Shown here: piece by piece, positions 11,361 to 19,863 of the stretch | How the letters are laid out: each line of letters opens with the position of its first letter | Position numbering within the stretch: position 1 is the first letter of the stretch | DNA from: a phage | Assembly: GCA_020364185.1 (NCBI GenBank) | Contig: GCA_020364185.1_4846.1 | DNA: 47,086 nucleotides | Strand: one strand, 5' to 3' | Notes under the pieces: generated by a model | What the model was told of the DNA's origin: nothing | Databases searched by the model: none | Seen by the model: only the letters and a program-made list of their open reading frames with translations | Position numbers and translations under genes: made by a program

Positions 11361-13735
11361 TATTCGGTTGCTCTCCGGTTTGCTGAGTAGTTGCGGCTAA
11401 TGCTTTGCCCAATGGGGCCGTTGTTTTCTATGTCACTAACGATAGTCTCAATTGTCACGCTGCCATCACCATTATCTCTGGCGCTGCTGCTGACCTGAGC
11501 GGAGCTATTGTTGATAACGCTATTATAAACCACAACGCCACTACCACCTCCGGTAATGTCTTTGTTGCTGATAACTGAGCCATCGTTGCCTGGAATCATG
11601 TACTGGCGACCGTTGGACGCCTGGAATATCTCAGGCAAGCCATTCTCTCCCACTTCGTACATGCTTCCGGCACTAACAGGGCCACCATTTTTACGCTTGC
11701 CAGCGATACCCATCGCTAGTGCCCCTAGAACGGCACCTACCCCAATTGCAGCCGCTCCACCGAATGAGCCGATTGATGCTACGATTGCTGCCGGAGTCCA
11801 TGCTGCGGTAGTGGTTGCTGCCGCCGCCGTGGATGCTGCTGTTGTGGTTGCCAGTCCTGCCGTTTGCGCCGCTGTGGTTGTCGCTGTGGCTGCAACCTGT
11901 GCAGTCTGCCCCATAACCGCAGATTTTACCCACTGCACGCCCATTTCGACGAAGCTGTTTACCAGCGAGTTAAGCACCGTAGAGCCGAGGCTACGCATGG
12001 CATCCTGAACGCTCATTGTACCTGTCAGCAATCCGGTAATACTGTTTGAGGCTGTGCTCATCGCGGAATCCAGTGCGGTTCCGAACAGTTGCGCTCCGAG
12101 GCTTTGCTGCTGCCATTCAGCCCACATGGCATCCATTCTCTGCTGGCGGTATTGTGCTTCAATGGACGCGCGAGTCTGTTCAATCTCTGTAATTTTTTGC
12201 GGGTACGCAGCAGCATAGGCTTCAAGGTCAGCCATGCGTTGCTGGTATTCGCTATCAATGCCAGACGTTGGCGATGCAATGGCGCGCAGTCCCTGATATG
12301 ATTTTTCTACACGCTGCCTTTCCTTCTCCGCTTCTGCCTGCTCCTTCAACGCATTCTTCTGGTCCCAAATCTTAGCGGCGTATTCTCCAGCCAGCTTTAT
12401 CTGCTCCTGAGTTGCCGCCTTGCCAAGTGATTGCTGAGCATTGAGAATGGCTTGTTCACGGGATAGTTCGCTGGTAGATGTAGCATTAAGCATGGTCTGC
12501 TGGCGTAACTTCTCCAGCTTTTCAGCGATTGATTCAGCTTGTCGTTCTTCGGCGCTTTTTCCCTTTCCTTTGCCTTTTTTGTCTTTGGTTGGTGCTTGTG
12601 CAATCTTCAGGTGTTTTGTTGCTTCAGCCTGCTTCTTTGTCTGCTCGTAACCTTCAGCGGATGCCTTAACAAATCGCTCAACCTGATCGTTGTATTGTTT
12701 TTGCTTTTCAATGTCGTCATCACCGAAAAGCGCATCCACCCCCATCTGAGCCCATGCGCCGGGGTTTAATTTCGAAATTACGGTTGCAAGAGAGAGAATC
12801 TTATCGCTTGTGCTGGTTGATTTATCGCCGAGAAAATCAATGTATTTTGCCAGTTGGTCGATAATCTCTACCGCTGTTTTTGATGCACCAGTAGCATCGT
12901 TAACGGCAACCACAAGTTTTGAGAATGAAACTTCAAGCGAGCCAACAGCCTGATCCATTGTGCGAGGGAGTTTTTCAAACTCAGCATTAACGACGCTTGT
13001 CCTGTCCTGAATGGCATTTAACGCATCCTCAGCAGTCAGTTTCCCGTCGAGCATTCTGGCGCGGAGTTCACCCATTGAAATGCCAAGTCCCGCTGCAATC
13101 TGGCGAGCAAGTTCCGGCATCTGTTCAAGGATAGAGTTAAATTCTTCGGCGCGGATTGTGCCAGAAGCGATTGACTGACCGAACTGACGCAGTGCGTTCG
13201 CCATTTCCTCAGTTGAAGAGCCTCCGATTCGACCTATTTTTTGTAGTGTATCGGTGAGGTTAAGCACCTGCGCATTCGTCGCGCCAGCCTCTTTCAGTGA
13301 TGATGTTAACGTTTCCCATAACTTCGTTGTATCACTGAGGCTTGCGCCAGTCGTTGATGCGATATTTGCCAGTGAGCTAAATGTTTCGTTCGCAGTTTTT
13401 GCATCAGTTGACAGGCGAGCAATTCTTGCCTGAAGCTGTGTCATGTTATCAGCAACCTCAAGGAATCTTTTCCCCCATTCGATAATCAACGACACGGATA
13501 TTGCACCAGCCAACATGGATATGCTGGTTTTAAGCCCTGAAGCTGCACCGCCAGCATTCTTCATTCCGCTGCCAGCATTGCGTGCGCCTTTGTCCAGTTT
13601 GTTAAGCTCACCAGTGGTTTTATTCAGTGATGATTCAAGGTCATCCAGAGTCTTGTTGGCTGTTGTCGCGCCAGCTTTCAGGCCTTTAACATCCATCCCA
13701 ACTTCATAAACAATTCCGCCGACTTCTTCAGCCAT
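11360..13735 (-). CDS. tail tape measure protein
   Basis: 791 aa, long alpha-helical/coiled-coil N-terminal two thirds, Ala/Gly/Thr-rich hydrophobic segment (AATATTTAAQTAGLATTTAASTAAAATTTAAWTPAAIVASIGSFGGAAAIGVGAVLGAL); between chaperone and minor tail genes. Confidence 0.8.
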   Translation of the reverse strand: MAEEVGGIVYEVGMDVKGLKAGATTANKTLDDLESSLNKTTGELNKLDKGARNAGSGMKNAGGAASGLKTSISMLAGAISVSLIIEWGKRFLEVADNMTQLQARIARLSTDAKTANETFSSLANIASTTGASLSDTTKLWETLTSSLKEAGATNAQVLNLTDTLQKIGRIGGSSTEEMANALRQFGQSIASGTIRAEEFNSILEQMPELARQIAAGLGISMGELRARMLDGKLTAEDALNAIQDRTSVVNAEFEKLPRTMDQAVGSLEVSFSKLVVAVNDATGASKTAVEIIDQLAKYIDFLGDKSTSTSDKILSLATVISKLNPGAWAQMGVDALFGDDDIEKQKQYNDQVERFVKASAEGYEQTKKQAEATKHLKIAQAPTKDKKGKGKGKSAEERQAESIAEKLEKLRQQTMLNATSTSELSREQAILNAQQSLGKAATQEQIKLAGEYAAKIWDQKNALKEQAEAEKERQRVEKSYQGLRAIASPTSGIDSEYQQRMADLEAYAAAYPQKITEIEQTRASIEAQYRQQRMDAMWAEWQQQSLGAQLFGTALDSAMSTASNSITGLLTGTMSVQDAMRSLGSTVLNSLVNSFVEMGVQWVKSAVMGQTAQVAATATTTAAQTAGLATTTAASTAAAATTTAAWTPAAIVASIGSFGGAAAIGVGAVLGALAMGIAGKRKNGGPVSAGSMYEVGENGLPEIFQASNGRQYMIPGNDGSVISNKDITGGGSGVVVYNSVINNSSAQVSSSARDNGDGSVTIETIVSDIENNGPIGQSISRNYSANRRATE

Positions 13736-14450
13736 TATGTATTCCTCGCTTTTTCGCTTTGCGTTCAGCCAGTGCCTTCATGCGCTCCCGGTCTGCTTTA
13801 GCCTGATCGTACTCTGCCGCGCGCTCTTCTTTTGTCAGCCCTTTCGGCTCAGGATATTTATTCTTAATCATCATCTGAAACTCTGTCATGGACAGATTCT
13901 CTGCCTCATCGCGCGACATATCGAAATGCGTGCGTGCCGAGATGATGTATTGCGACGCATGAAACTCGTTTGTGGTTTTCTTGCCCTGCTCCTCCAGACG
14001 CTCAGGCACCTTGAGTGGTGACTTGCCAATGATGCCGTGCTGCATCAGGTTGCGCGCAATAATAATAATGTCGCTCACTGGCATGATGCCTGGAACGTAT
14101 CGCACTCCGCGCGGTGTTGGTTTCCAGCCACCAATCAGCACGGAAGCATCATCTTCACAGCATGACTGCATGACGATATAGGCAGCACTCAGCACGTGGC
14201 GACCATAAGCAGGCTTGCTGATGGTCTTCATAACCTGCATCTGTGCGCCAAATGGCAGGTATTCGACGTGCTGCAATGGCGCAACATAATCAATGCCATT
14301 GAGCTTAGCGTACACCTCGACGATTTCCTTTGGTGTGCCAATTTCGTTCATGGCGCGGAATGATGGCTTAAAGAAAAAACTCTTATCAGCCAGCGAGATG
14401 CGCATCTCCCCGATTTCTGTTAGTGGCGTGCGATTGCTCATGTTTTGCAT
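13728..14450 (-). CDS. tail assembly chaperone (putative)
   Basis: 240-aa ORF between major tail protein side and tape measure gene; basic/acidic C-terminal tail; no frameshift partner examined. Confidence 0.4.
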   Translation of the reverse strand: MQNMSNRTPLTEIGEMRISLADKSFFFKPSFRAMNEIGTPKEIVEVYAKLNGIDYVAPLQHVEYLPFGAQMQVMKTISKPAYGRHVLSAAYIVMQSCCEDDASVLIGGWKPTPRGVRYVPGIMPVSDIIIIARNLMQHGIIGKSPLKVPERLEEQGKKTTNEFHASQYIISARTHFDMSRDEAENLSMTEFQMMIKNKYPEPKGLTKEERAAEYDQAKADRERMKALAERKAKKRGIHNG

Positions 14451-14490
14451 CCTGAATTTGACTGATGTTGATTATATCATCTCAGTGGTG

Positions 14491-14519
14491 TTGACACCTG
14501 CGGGGAGGTGATGTAGATT
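14491..14519 (+). promoter_or_regulatory. sigma70-like promoter (TTGACA - 17 bp - TAGATT) for plus-strand moron cassette
   Basis: TTGACA at 14491-14496, 17-bp spacer, TAGATT at 14514-14519, then GAGGTGAG RBS and ATG at 14555. Confidence 0.5.
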
Positions 14520-14554
14520 CAATTCATCGAAACGAGATATGAATGAGGTGAGTT

Positions 14555-14749
14555 ATGGATGTTGTTATTTTGTTGTTTTTCGCTGGGTTGGTGATATTTG
14601 CTTATCTTCTCCAATCATTTGTGGCATTGCAAAGAAAGCACACAAATACGACCGCAATCTGTGTGCTGAATATTCTTGTAGGGTGGAGCTTTATTGGGTG
14701 GGTTGCAGCACTTGTTTGGTCATTAGTTAACAGTGGCGACAAGAAATGA
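14555..14749 (+). CDS. small membrane protein resembling superinfection-immunity (Imm-type) proteins
   Basis: 64 aa, two hydrophobic helices; motif NILVGWSFIGWVAALVWSL resembles conserved GW-x-IGW core recalled for small Imm-like membrane proteins. Confidence 0.45.
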   Translation: MDVVILLFFAGLVIFAYLLQSFVALQRKHTNTTAICVLNILVGWSFIGWVAALVWSLVNSGDKK

Positions 14750-14889
14750 ACGAACAAACAAAAGCTGACCTGATTTTCTACACTGATTTGTATGTCGATG
14801 CAGGTTACGATTACGAAGAAGCAGAGCGCATGGCCAAAGACTTGCTTCGTGTGATTGGTGTGATTTTTGATAAGGATAAGGTGATATGA
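14746..14889 (+). CDS. hypothetical protein (47 aa), translationally coupled
   Basis: hand-translated ORF MNEQTKADLIFYTDLYVDAGYDYEEAERMAKDLLRVIGVIFDKDKVI; ATG overlaps upstream stop and its stop overlaps downstream ATG. Confidence 0.3.
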   Translation: MNEQTKADLIFYTDLYVDAGYDYEEAERMAKDLLRVIGVIFDKDKVI

Positions 14890-15230
14890 AAAATTATGAA
14901 GACATGAGTGATTTTGAGATTAACTGCGAAGTACTTGCATTGTTTGAGCCAGATGTTAATCACATGTGCCTTAGTGAAAGTAAGGGGTATTTCTATGACT
15001 GTGGACCAGTAGGTGATGGGTGGCATCAAATAGATATCCCTGACTACTGCAATAACCCGGAATACGCATTACCGATTATTTTAGCCAATCGAATTGGAAT
15101 GCTGCCATCAGAAATGAAGTGCAAAGAGCAGTGGATTTCAACTTCTGGTAAGGGCCAGTTCGAATATCATGAGAACCCTTTACGCGCCGCCATGATCGTC
15201 TTCCTGAAAATGAATGAGGATAAATTATGA
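14886..15230 (+). CDS. hypothetical protein
   Basis: 114-aa ORF in plus-strand cassette; ATGA overlaps with flanking ORFs. Confidence 0.45.
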   Translation: MKNYEDMSDFEINCEVLALFEPDVNHMCLSESKGYFYDCGPVGDGWHQIDIPDYCNNPEYALPIILANRIGMLPSEMKCKEQWISTSGKGQFEYHENPLRAAMIVFLKMNEDKL

Positions 15231-15427
15231 GCCAGTGGATTAAGTGCAGTGATAGGATGCCTGAAGAAGGTCAAATGGTTCTCACGTCGTTTCGTGGTGT
15301 TGTTAGAACAGCAGTATGCAAAACAGTCGATGGAATTGGAAGCAAGATATTTGTTAGTGAATTAGACCGCTGTCACGGCATTCCAGCTACCCATTGGGCC
15401 AATACACCAGAGCCACCACAAGAATAA
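15227..15427 (+). CDS. DUF551-like small protein
   Basis: 66 aa with W-x-K/C-x-D-x-MPEE...VL...THWA..PEPP pattern, paralogous in style to 19864-20127 (WIDVNDELPE...VL...THWMYLPELP). Confidence 0.45.
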   Translation: MSQWIKCSDRMPEEGQMVLTSFRGVVRTAVCKTVDGIGSKIFVSELDRCHGIPATHWANTPEPPQE

Positions 15428-15430
15428 AAC

Positions 15431-15457
15431 AAAGCCCCTTTCGGGGCTTTTTCTTTA
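15431..15457. terminator. bidirectional intrinsic terminator
   Basis: AAGCCCC-tttc-GGGGCTT stem-loop followed by TTTTCTTTAT; sits between plus-strand cassette end and minus-strand major tail gene end. Confidence 0.65.
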
Positions 15458-16174
15458 TCAGGATACGGTGCAAGCCGTGCTGATGATAATTTCCGGGTCA
15501 GTAGATGAGTCCGTGACCGTGACGGTATACACGCCAGCGGTAGGGCTTGCCAGTGTTGCGCCAGACTCACCACCAACAACTACGCCATCTTTGCGCCATA
15601 CATAAGTGTAAGGAGCGACGCCACCCTCAACAGCAACGGTTAACGGGCTGCCAGTGCTGCCAGTTGATTGCAGGTCGGTAGTGAACGTCAGAGGTTCAAG
15701 GCTTTCTACGGTAACGCTATCTGAATCGTAAACCTTGAACTCAAGGCTGCCGGTTACGATGTCGTTTGTGCCGCCTTCGTAGCTGATGCTGGTAATGTTA
15801 CAGTACGCAGTAACGATAGTCGCGCCAGTTACTTCACGCACCCACAAGGAAGGCTGGCGACGCGCTTTCAGTTCAGTGGCGTAAATCTCAACCAGACGAT
15901 GGAAGCCAAACTCATCGCTAGGGTCATTCTTGCGGATTTCAACCTCTGCGCTGATGGTCATATCAGAGCTGGTAACGAGAGTGGAAACAAAGCCACCAGC
16001 GGTATCCGCTTCCGACGTGGTGGTCTGCGGAGAGTAGTCAACGCCTTTACTGGTGGTTGATCCTAAATACTTCCAGTCTCCTGCTTCCGGAACTGCGTCG
16101 CCGCACCCTTCAGCAAGGAACAGTCGGGTCATGCGACCGACCAGAACGCCTTTATCATTTGCACAAATAGCCAT
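15458..16174 (-). CDS. major tail protein with C-terminal Ig-like domain
   Basis: 238 aa; C-terminal segment PLTVAVEGGVAPYTYVWRKDGVVVGGESGATLASPTAGVYTVTVTD is a typical phage Ig-like domain signature; located upstream of chaperone/TMP as expected. Confidence 0.6.
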   Translation of the reverse strand: MAICANDKGVLVGRMTRLFLAEGCGDAVPEAGDWKYLGSTTSKGVDYSPQTTTSEADTAGGFVSTLVTSSDMTISAEVEIRKNDPSDEFGFHRLVEIYATELKARRQPSLWVREVTGATIVTAYCNITSISYEGGTNDIVTGSLEFKVYDSDSVTVESLEPLTFTTDLQSTGSTGSPLTVAVEGGVAPYTYVWRKDGVVVGGESGATLASPTAGVYTVTVTDSSTDPEIIISTACTVS

Positions 16175-16225
16175 TTCGATCTCCGAATTGTGTTAGCTGC
16201 TAACGTGGTGATTATATCACAGGTG

Positions 16226-16254
16226 TTGACAGTGATTATTTTGTGGTGTAGATT
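16226..16254 (+). promoter_or_regulatory. sigma70-like promoter (TTGACA - 17 bp - TAGATT) heading the tRNA-containing plus-strand unit
   Basis: TTGACA 16226-16231, 17-bp spacer, TAGATT 16249-16254; region homologous to the 14467-14519 promoter cassette. Confidence 0.5.
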
Positions 16255-16520
16255 AAGATTTAACAGAGATTGGCTCCCTGATTTCATTTAATTACATCCA
16301 ATCCTTCAATTACAATTAGCGGTCGAAAGGCGCCGGACGCGTAACCGGCATACAACAGGTAAGAGCATTGGCGCATATCAGCGGAACTCGAACCCATTGC
16401 GCAGGCGACACAGACGTGTGTTTCAGTGTTCTTTCCGTTGTGGTAATGCCATATTGATTATTTGGATAGGTTTGCATCCATTGTTATGCCAGTTTCAGTT
16501 AATCGCGAAACGCCACAACA

Positions 16521-16586
16521 CTTAATATCCAGCATTATCGCAATCATATGTAGGGGTATGTATGGGTTACGGCGCTGGATATTAAG
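16521..16586. repeat. perfect 13-bp inverted repeat (CTTAATATCCAGC / GCTGGATATTAAG) enclosing a 40-nt loop
   Basis: read directly: left arm 16521-16533, right arm 16574-16586, in ORF-free leader upstream of the tRNA. Confidence 0.6.
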
Positions 16587-16620
16587 AAAGCACGCTGGCA
16601 ATGCTTAAACCAGCACTTAT

Positions 16621-16697
16621 GGACGCGTAGCTTAATTGGTTAAAGCAACCGACTCATAATCGGCTGATTGAAGGTTCAAATCCGTCCGTGTCCACCA
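16621..16697 (+). tRNA. tRNA-Met (anticodon CAU; could be initiator/elongator Met or lysidine-modified Ile2)
   Basis: manual fold: 7-bp acceptor stem (one G-U), U8, D-arm GCTT/AAGC with GG in loop, anticodon loop CUCAUAA, T-loop TTCAAAT, discriminator A and encoded CCA; two stem mismatches. Confidence 0.6.
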
Positions 16698-16702
16698 AAT
16701 TA

Positions 16703-16730
16703 AAAGCCGCTTCATGCGGCTTTATTTATT
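16703..16730. terminator. intrinsic terminator after tRNA (also at 3' end of convergent minus gene)
   Basis: AAGCCGC-ttcat-GCGGCTT stem-loop followed by TATTTATTT. Confidence 0.55.
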
Positions 16731-17133
16731 TCACGACCCGCAAAAGCAACTCATGCACAGGCCGCTTCTCTTCCGTCAACATCGGCCTCCCGAGTGGTGC
16801 CTGCAACTGGATGTAGTTAGCGCATGAATCAATCGGATGTGTCTTGATGTATTCGATAATCTCATTGGCTTTATCGTCAACATCCGACACGTTATACTGC
16901 CCATGTTTGCCGACAATATACAATGAGAAATAGAAGTCACCGCCGAGGCCATCCATCACCTGCGTGCCACCATTGGATTGCAGAACAATAAATTGCTCGT
17001 TGCCATCTCCGGTGTCACTCCAGAACTGTAGCTGCGATGTCCAACCATCATACAATCCCGCATCCTGAAGATATGCGTCAACCAGTTCAAGCGTGTTCAT
17101 ATTAAACCCCAATATTGCAATATCGATGCACAT
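16726..17133 (-). CDS. putative tail completion / neck protein; start uncertain (ATG at 17133 or 17100; track start 17142 is GTG)
   Basis: ORF between HK97 gp10-like gene and major tail gene; function by position only. Confidence 0.35.
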   Translation of the reverse strand: MCIDIAILGFNMNTLELVDAYLQDAGLYDGWTSQLQFWSDTGDGNEQFIVLQSNGGTQVMDGLGGDFYFSLYIVGKHGQYNVSDVDDKANEIIEYIKTHPIDSCANYIQLQAPLGRPMLTEEKRPVHELLLRVVK

Positions 17134-17272
17134 ATCATACACTACCTATGTCACGTAGGCGTGGAACCCGAAACGACACACAAGCAACAATGAATTTAAC
17201 GCCCTTGTCAGTATGGTTTTGTTGCAACCATGTTCCACCTGACAGGGGCGTTACCTTTTTGGAGGCGAGTAA

Positions 17273-17764
17273 ATGATTTCAGAGCGTGATTACATAGCAA
17301 TCGCGTCAAGAGTTAAATACGACCCGATTACCGGATTGTTCACCTGGGCTGTAAGTTGCGGGAAAATATCAAAAGGTGATATTGCAAACTATCACAACGA
17401 CGCAGGATACATAACCCTTGGGAAGAAAAGATTAAGGGCGCACCGAGTGGCTTGGTTTATCCATTATGGATATGTCCCTGAGCATGAAATTGATCACATA
17501 AACAATATTCGTGATGACAATAGAATTTCAAATCTGAGGGAGGCCAGTGACTGCGAGAACGCAAGGAACACAAAGATATCTAAATCAAACACGTCTGGAT
17601 ATAAAGGAGTTCATTTTTGCAAGTGCACTGGGAAATGGAGAGCCACGGTAAAGATGCATGGGAAAACCTATCATCTTGGTAGGTTTTCAGACAAAGAAGC
17701 AGCCCATAAAGCCTATTGCAAAAAAGTAGATGAACTGTTTTTGGAGTTCGCAAACCACGGCTAA
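17273..17764 (+). CDS. HNH homing endonuclease with AP2-like DNA-binding domain
   Basis: GGAGG RBS then ATG 17273; motifs RLRAHRVAWFIHYGYVPEHEIDHINNIRDDNRISNLREAS (HNH) and SGYKGVHFCKCTGKWRATVKMHGKTYHLGRFSDKEAAHKAY (AP2-like); opposite strand to surrounding structural genes. Confidence 0.75.
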   Translation: MISERDYIAIASRVKYDPITGLFTWAVSCGKISKGDIANYHNDAGYITLGKKRLRAHRVAWFIHYGYVPEHEIDHINNIRDDNRISNLREASDCENARNTKISKSNTSGYKGVHFCKCTGKWRATVKMHGKTYHLGRFSDKEAAHKAYCKKVDELFLEFANHG

Positions 17765-18159
17765 ATCTTCATTTCTTTTTTTACCACTGAATCAACGAGG
17801 CTGCGAGTTTTATCGGCAGCCTTTGTTAAGAATCTAGGTTCAGCATTCGGCGACCAGTACGTGCTATTGCCATTGCTGCGCGGTTTACCTGCAAGTTTTC
17901 CGCTGGCGTTATGGACGTACAGTGCATATTTCGCAGAATAACCAACTTTGCCGGTGATTCGCGTCCCGTTAACTTCCACGGTATCAAACTGACTGTTAAT
18001 CAGCGTTGAAGTATCAATTGGCGTTAACGTGGCTGATTCGGTGCGGATGATGTGTGTCGCTGACTTCAGGGCGCGCACAGCTTTTGTGGCGATTATCTCA
18101 TCCACAATTTGCGAAGTTCTCTCTACGGCCTGCCTGACACCTCTTAATTTCGCTGGCAT
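17761..18159 (-). CDS. HK97 gp10-family tail component
   Basis: 132 aa; motif GKVGYSAKYALYVHNASGKLAGKP...YWSPNAEPRFLTKA matches the conserved core recalled for HK97 gp10-family proteins. Confidence 0.5.
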   Translation of the reverse strand: MPAKLRGVRQAVERTSQIVDEIIATKAVRALKSATHIIRTESATLTPIDTSTLINSQFDTVEVNGTRITGKVGYSAKYALYVHNASGKLAGKPRSNGNSTYWSPNAEPRFLTKAADKTRSLVDSVVKKEMKI

Positions 18160-18500
18160 TATGTCACCAGTGCAAAGTCAGGTGGCTCAGCGCGATTGAA
18201 CGTATTGCCGTAGTTAATCACATTCAGAATCTGGTTTGCACCAGCCGCCAGCGGGTCAGCTTCTGTCACTGTGCCAATCATGATGTAATCACCAACATTA
18301 GCGCCAGTGTACTCTGTCCAGAAGGTATTCTTCTGCACAATCTCATTACCTTTCGCATCGGTAGATACATCATCATTAAAGCCGTAATCACACATAATGC
18401 CCACTGGCGCGTCAAAAGTTGGCTTGCCGTACTTGTCAGTGCCGCCTTTGTGCCAGATGGTGCATGGTTGAGTGTAGGAGAACCGAGCCAGCGAAGTCAT
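18159..18500 (-). CDS. putative head closure / head-tail joining protein
   Basis: ATG at 18500 overlaps upstream stop (ATGA); small protein in connector gene block. Confidence 0.4.
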   Translation of the reverse strand: MTSLARFSYTQPCTIWHKGGTDKYGKPTFDAPVGIMCDYGFNDDVSTDAKGNEIVQKNTFWTEYTGANVGDYIMIGTVTEADPLAAGANQILNVINYGNTFNRAEPPDFALVT

Positions 18501-18889
18501 TTGCACTTGCTCCCGCGCACAACCGCAAACCACGGCTTTCCGCTTCCGTCAGGGTCTTCCACCAAATCGCCAGTGCATCCGGCTGTATCCAGTAGCTTCA
18601 TCTGATTGTACAGTGCCACCCACGGCTTACTGCCATACGCGAATGATTGAGATGCCCCAGATGGTGCGCTCTGACTGGTAACGTAGCGCCCTGCGGTATT
18701 TGCGCTAATCAGGATGGAAGCCCACAGCATGATCGCATTTTGTCGGCATTCATCATCAGGATAGTTCAGCTCAAGGCAATCGCTGATTGATGCCACAAGG
18801 CACAGAATGCCAGACGCATCCGTCGTTGTGATGGTCATCCCGCGCGACGCCATCTGACTGACCAGTTCTTCAGGTGTTGGTGCTGCCAT
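18497..18889 (-). CDS. putative head-tail adaptor
   Basis: ATG at 18889 preceded by GGGAG; N-terminus MAAPTPEELVSQ...; position within connector block. Confidence 0.4.
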   Translation of the reverse strand: MAAPTPEELVSQMASRGMTITTTDASGILCLVASISDCLELNYPDDECRQNAIMLWASILISANTAGRYVTSQSAPSGASQSFAYGSKPWVALYNQMKLLDTAGCTGDLVEDPDGSGKPWFAVVRGSKCK

Positions 18890-19154
18890 TTTTCTTTGAC
18901 TCCCGGACTTTCCACCACATTTCAAACAGATTCTTTATCACCAGAGACAGAGCGCCGAGGATTGACGCTACTGCCGCCCACTCTGTCAGGCTGTGTGGAA
19001 TCATAGTCTCAAAATAAGATTGCGTGACAGGTGTTTGCTCTGCAACTTTTAGGCCAATGCCGGTTCCAATAGAAGCATATCCAGCCTTATCAATCACCTG
19101 CCCTGTCGTCCCGCTTATAATCTGCTCTGCGACTTGTCTTAGTGCTCCGTTCAT
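18870..19154 (-). CDS. hypothetical protein with C-terminal hydrophobic helix
   Basis: 94 aa; segment EWAAVASILGALSLVIKNLF is a probable transmembrane helix. Confidence 0.35.
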   Translation of the reverse strand: MNGALRQVAEQIISGTTGQVIDKAGYASIGTGIGLKVAEQTPVTQSYFETMIPHSLTEWAAVASILGALSLVIKNLFEMWWKVRESKKNGSTNT

Positions 19155-19186
19155 TGCGTGTCTCGCTGATGATATGTTTCCAGCAC

Positions 19187-19627
19187 TTATAGATTTGAAT
19201 CAGCGAAAAAACAATGGCGACCACGCCAAGAATAATGTCCAATTTCGCCGCCCCATTTAAAAGTGATGGAAAGGATGAACAGATGGATGCCGATAATAAT
19301 AAATGCGTACTGCGCATGAAGCGGCGTTTCTACAGGCGTGATAAATTCCCATACGAATGACTCTATCGCAACCAGCCATTCGTAAAGGCTCATCGTCAGC
19401 ACGCAGAGCGCCATCTTTGTATTTTTGCGCAGCGCAATAGCCGGAAACAACCAGACCATAGACTGCGCAAGGTAATACAGATATTCGGCGGGAAATGAAT
19501 CAACAAGCACCCATCCAAGATACACAGACATCACCATTGCCGGAATGAACACCAGAAAAGCGACCATGCCCGTGCAGGCAAAACCAAGCACATACATGAT
19601 CATGATGGAAATGTCTGCGCCGAACAT
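19187..19627 (-). CDS. multi-pass membrane protein
   Basis: 146 aa with at least four long hydrophobic segments; preceded by a 39-aa basic ORF (19629-19748, hand-translated). Confidence 0.45.
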   Translation of the reverse strand: MFGADISIMIMYVLGFACTGMVAFLVFIPAMVMSVYLGWVLVDSFPAEYLYYLAQSMVWLFPAIALRKNTKMALCVLTMSLYEWLVAIESFVWEFITPVETPLHAQYAFIIIGIHLFILSITFKWGGEIGHYSWRGRHCFFADSNL

Positions 19628-19793
19628 TATTTCTTACCGCGCGATGGTGAGCGGGTGGAACCGTTTGGCTTCACTGCGCCAGTTTTGCCACCAGTTTTGG
19701 TGTTGCCAGTGGCTCGTGAACGAGACGGACCGTTTGTTGAACCCATGTTTAAATCTCCTGTTGTTTGATTAGCATGATTTTAGCATATTCCTG

Positions 19794-19823
19794 TTGACGT
19801 AGATTGATGAGGTGTTTATAGTT
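19794..19823 (+). promoter_or_regulatory. promoter (TTGACG - 17 bp - TATAGT) with embedded TTGACGTAGATT motif
   Basis: TTGACGTAGATT at 19794-19805, TATAGT about 17 bp downstream of the -35; followed by conserved GAGGTGATAAAAATG leader and ATG 19864. Confidence 0.45.
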
Positions 19824-19863
19824 AGTGGCGTAGAAACAACAATAAATGTTAGAGGTGATAAAA

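Noticed and set aside
11556-12049. Plus-strand ORFs of 150 and 61 aa and a minus-strand 80-aa ORF inside the tape measure gene
   Set aside because: All lie within or antisense to the 791-aa tape measure ORF in its Ala/Gly-rich repetitive segment, where alternative frames stay open by composition alone.
16330-16410. Possible second tRNA on the minus strand (GGTTCGAGTTCC-like T-loop element)
   Set aside because: Could not fold a convincing cloverleaf by hand: the T-loop-like element is not followed by a complementary acceptor stem. Left as unresolved within the RNA-region finding.
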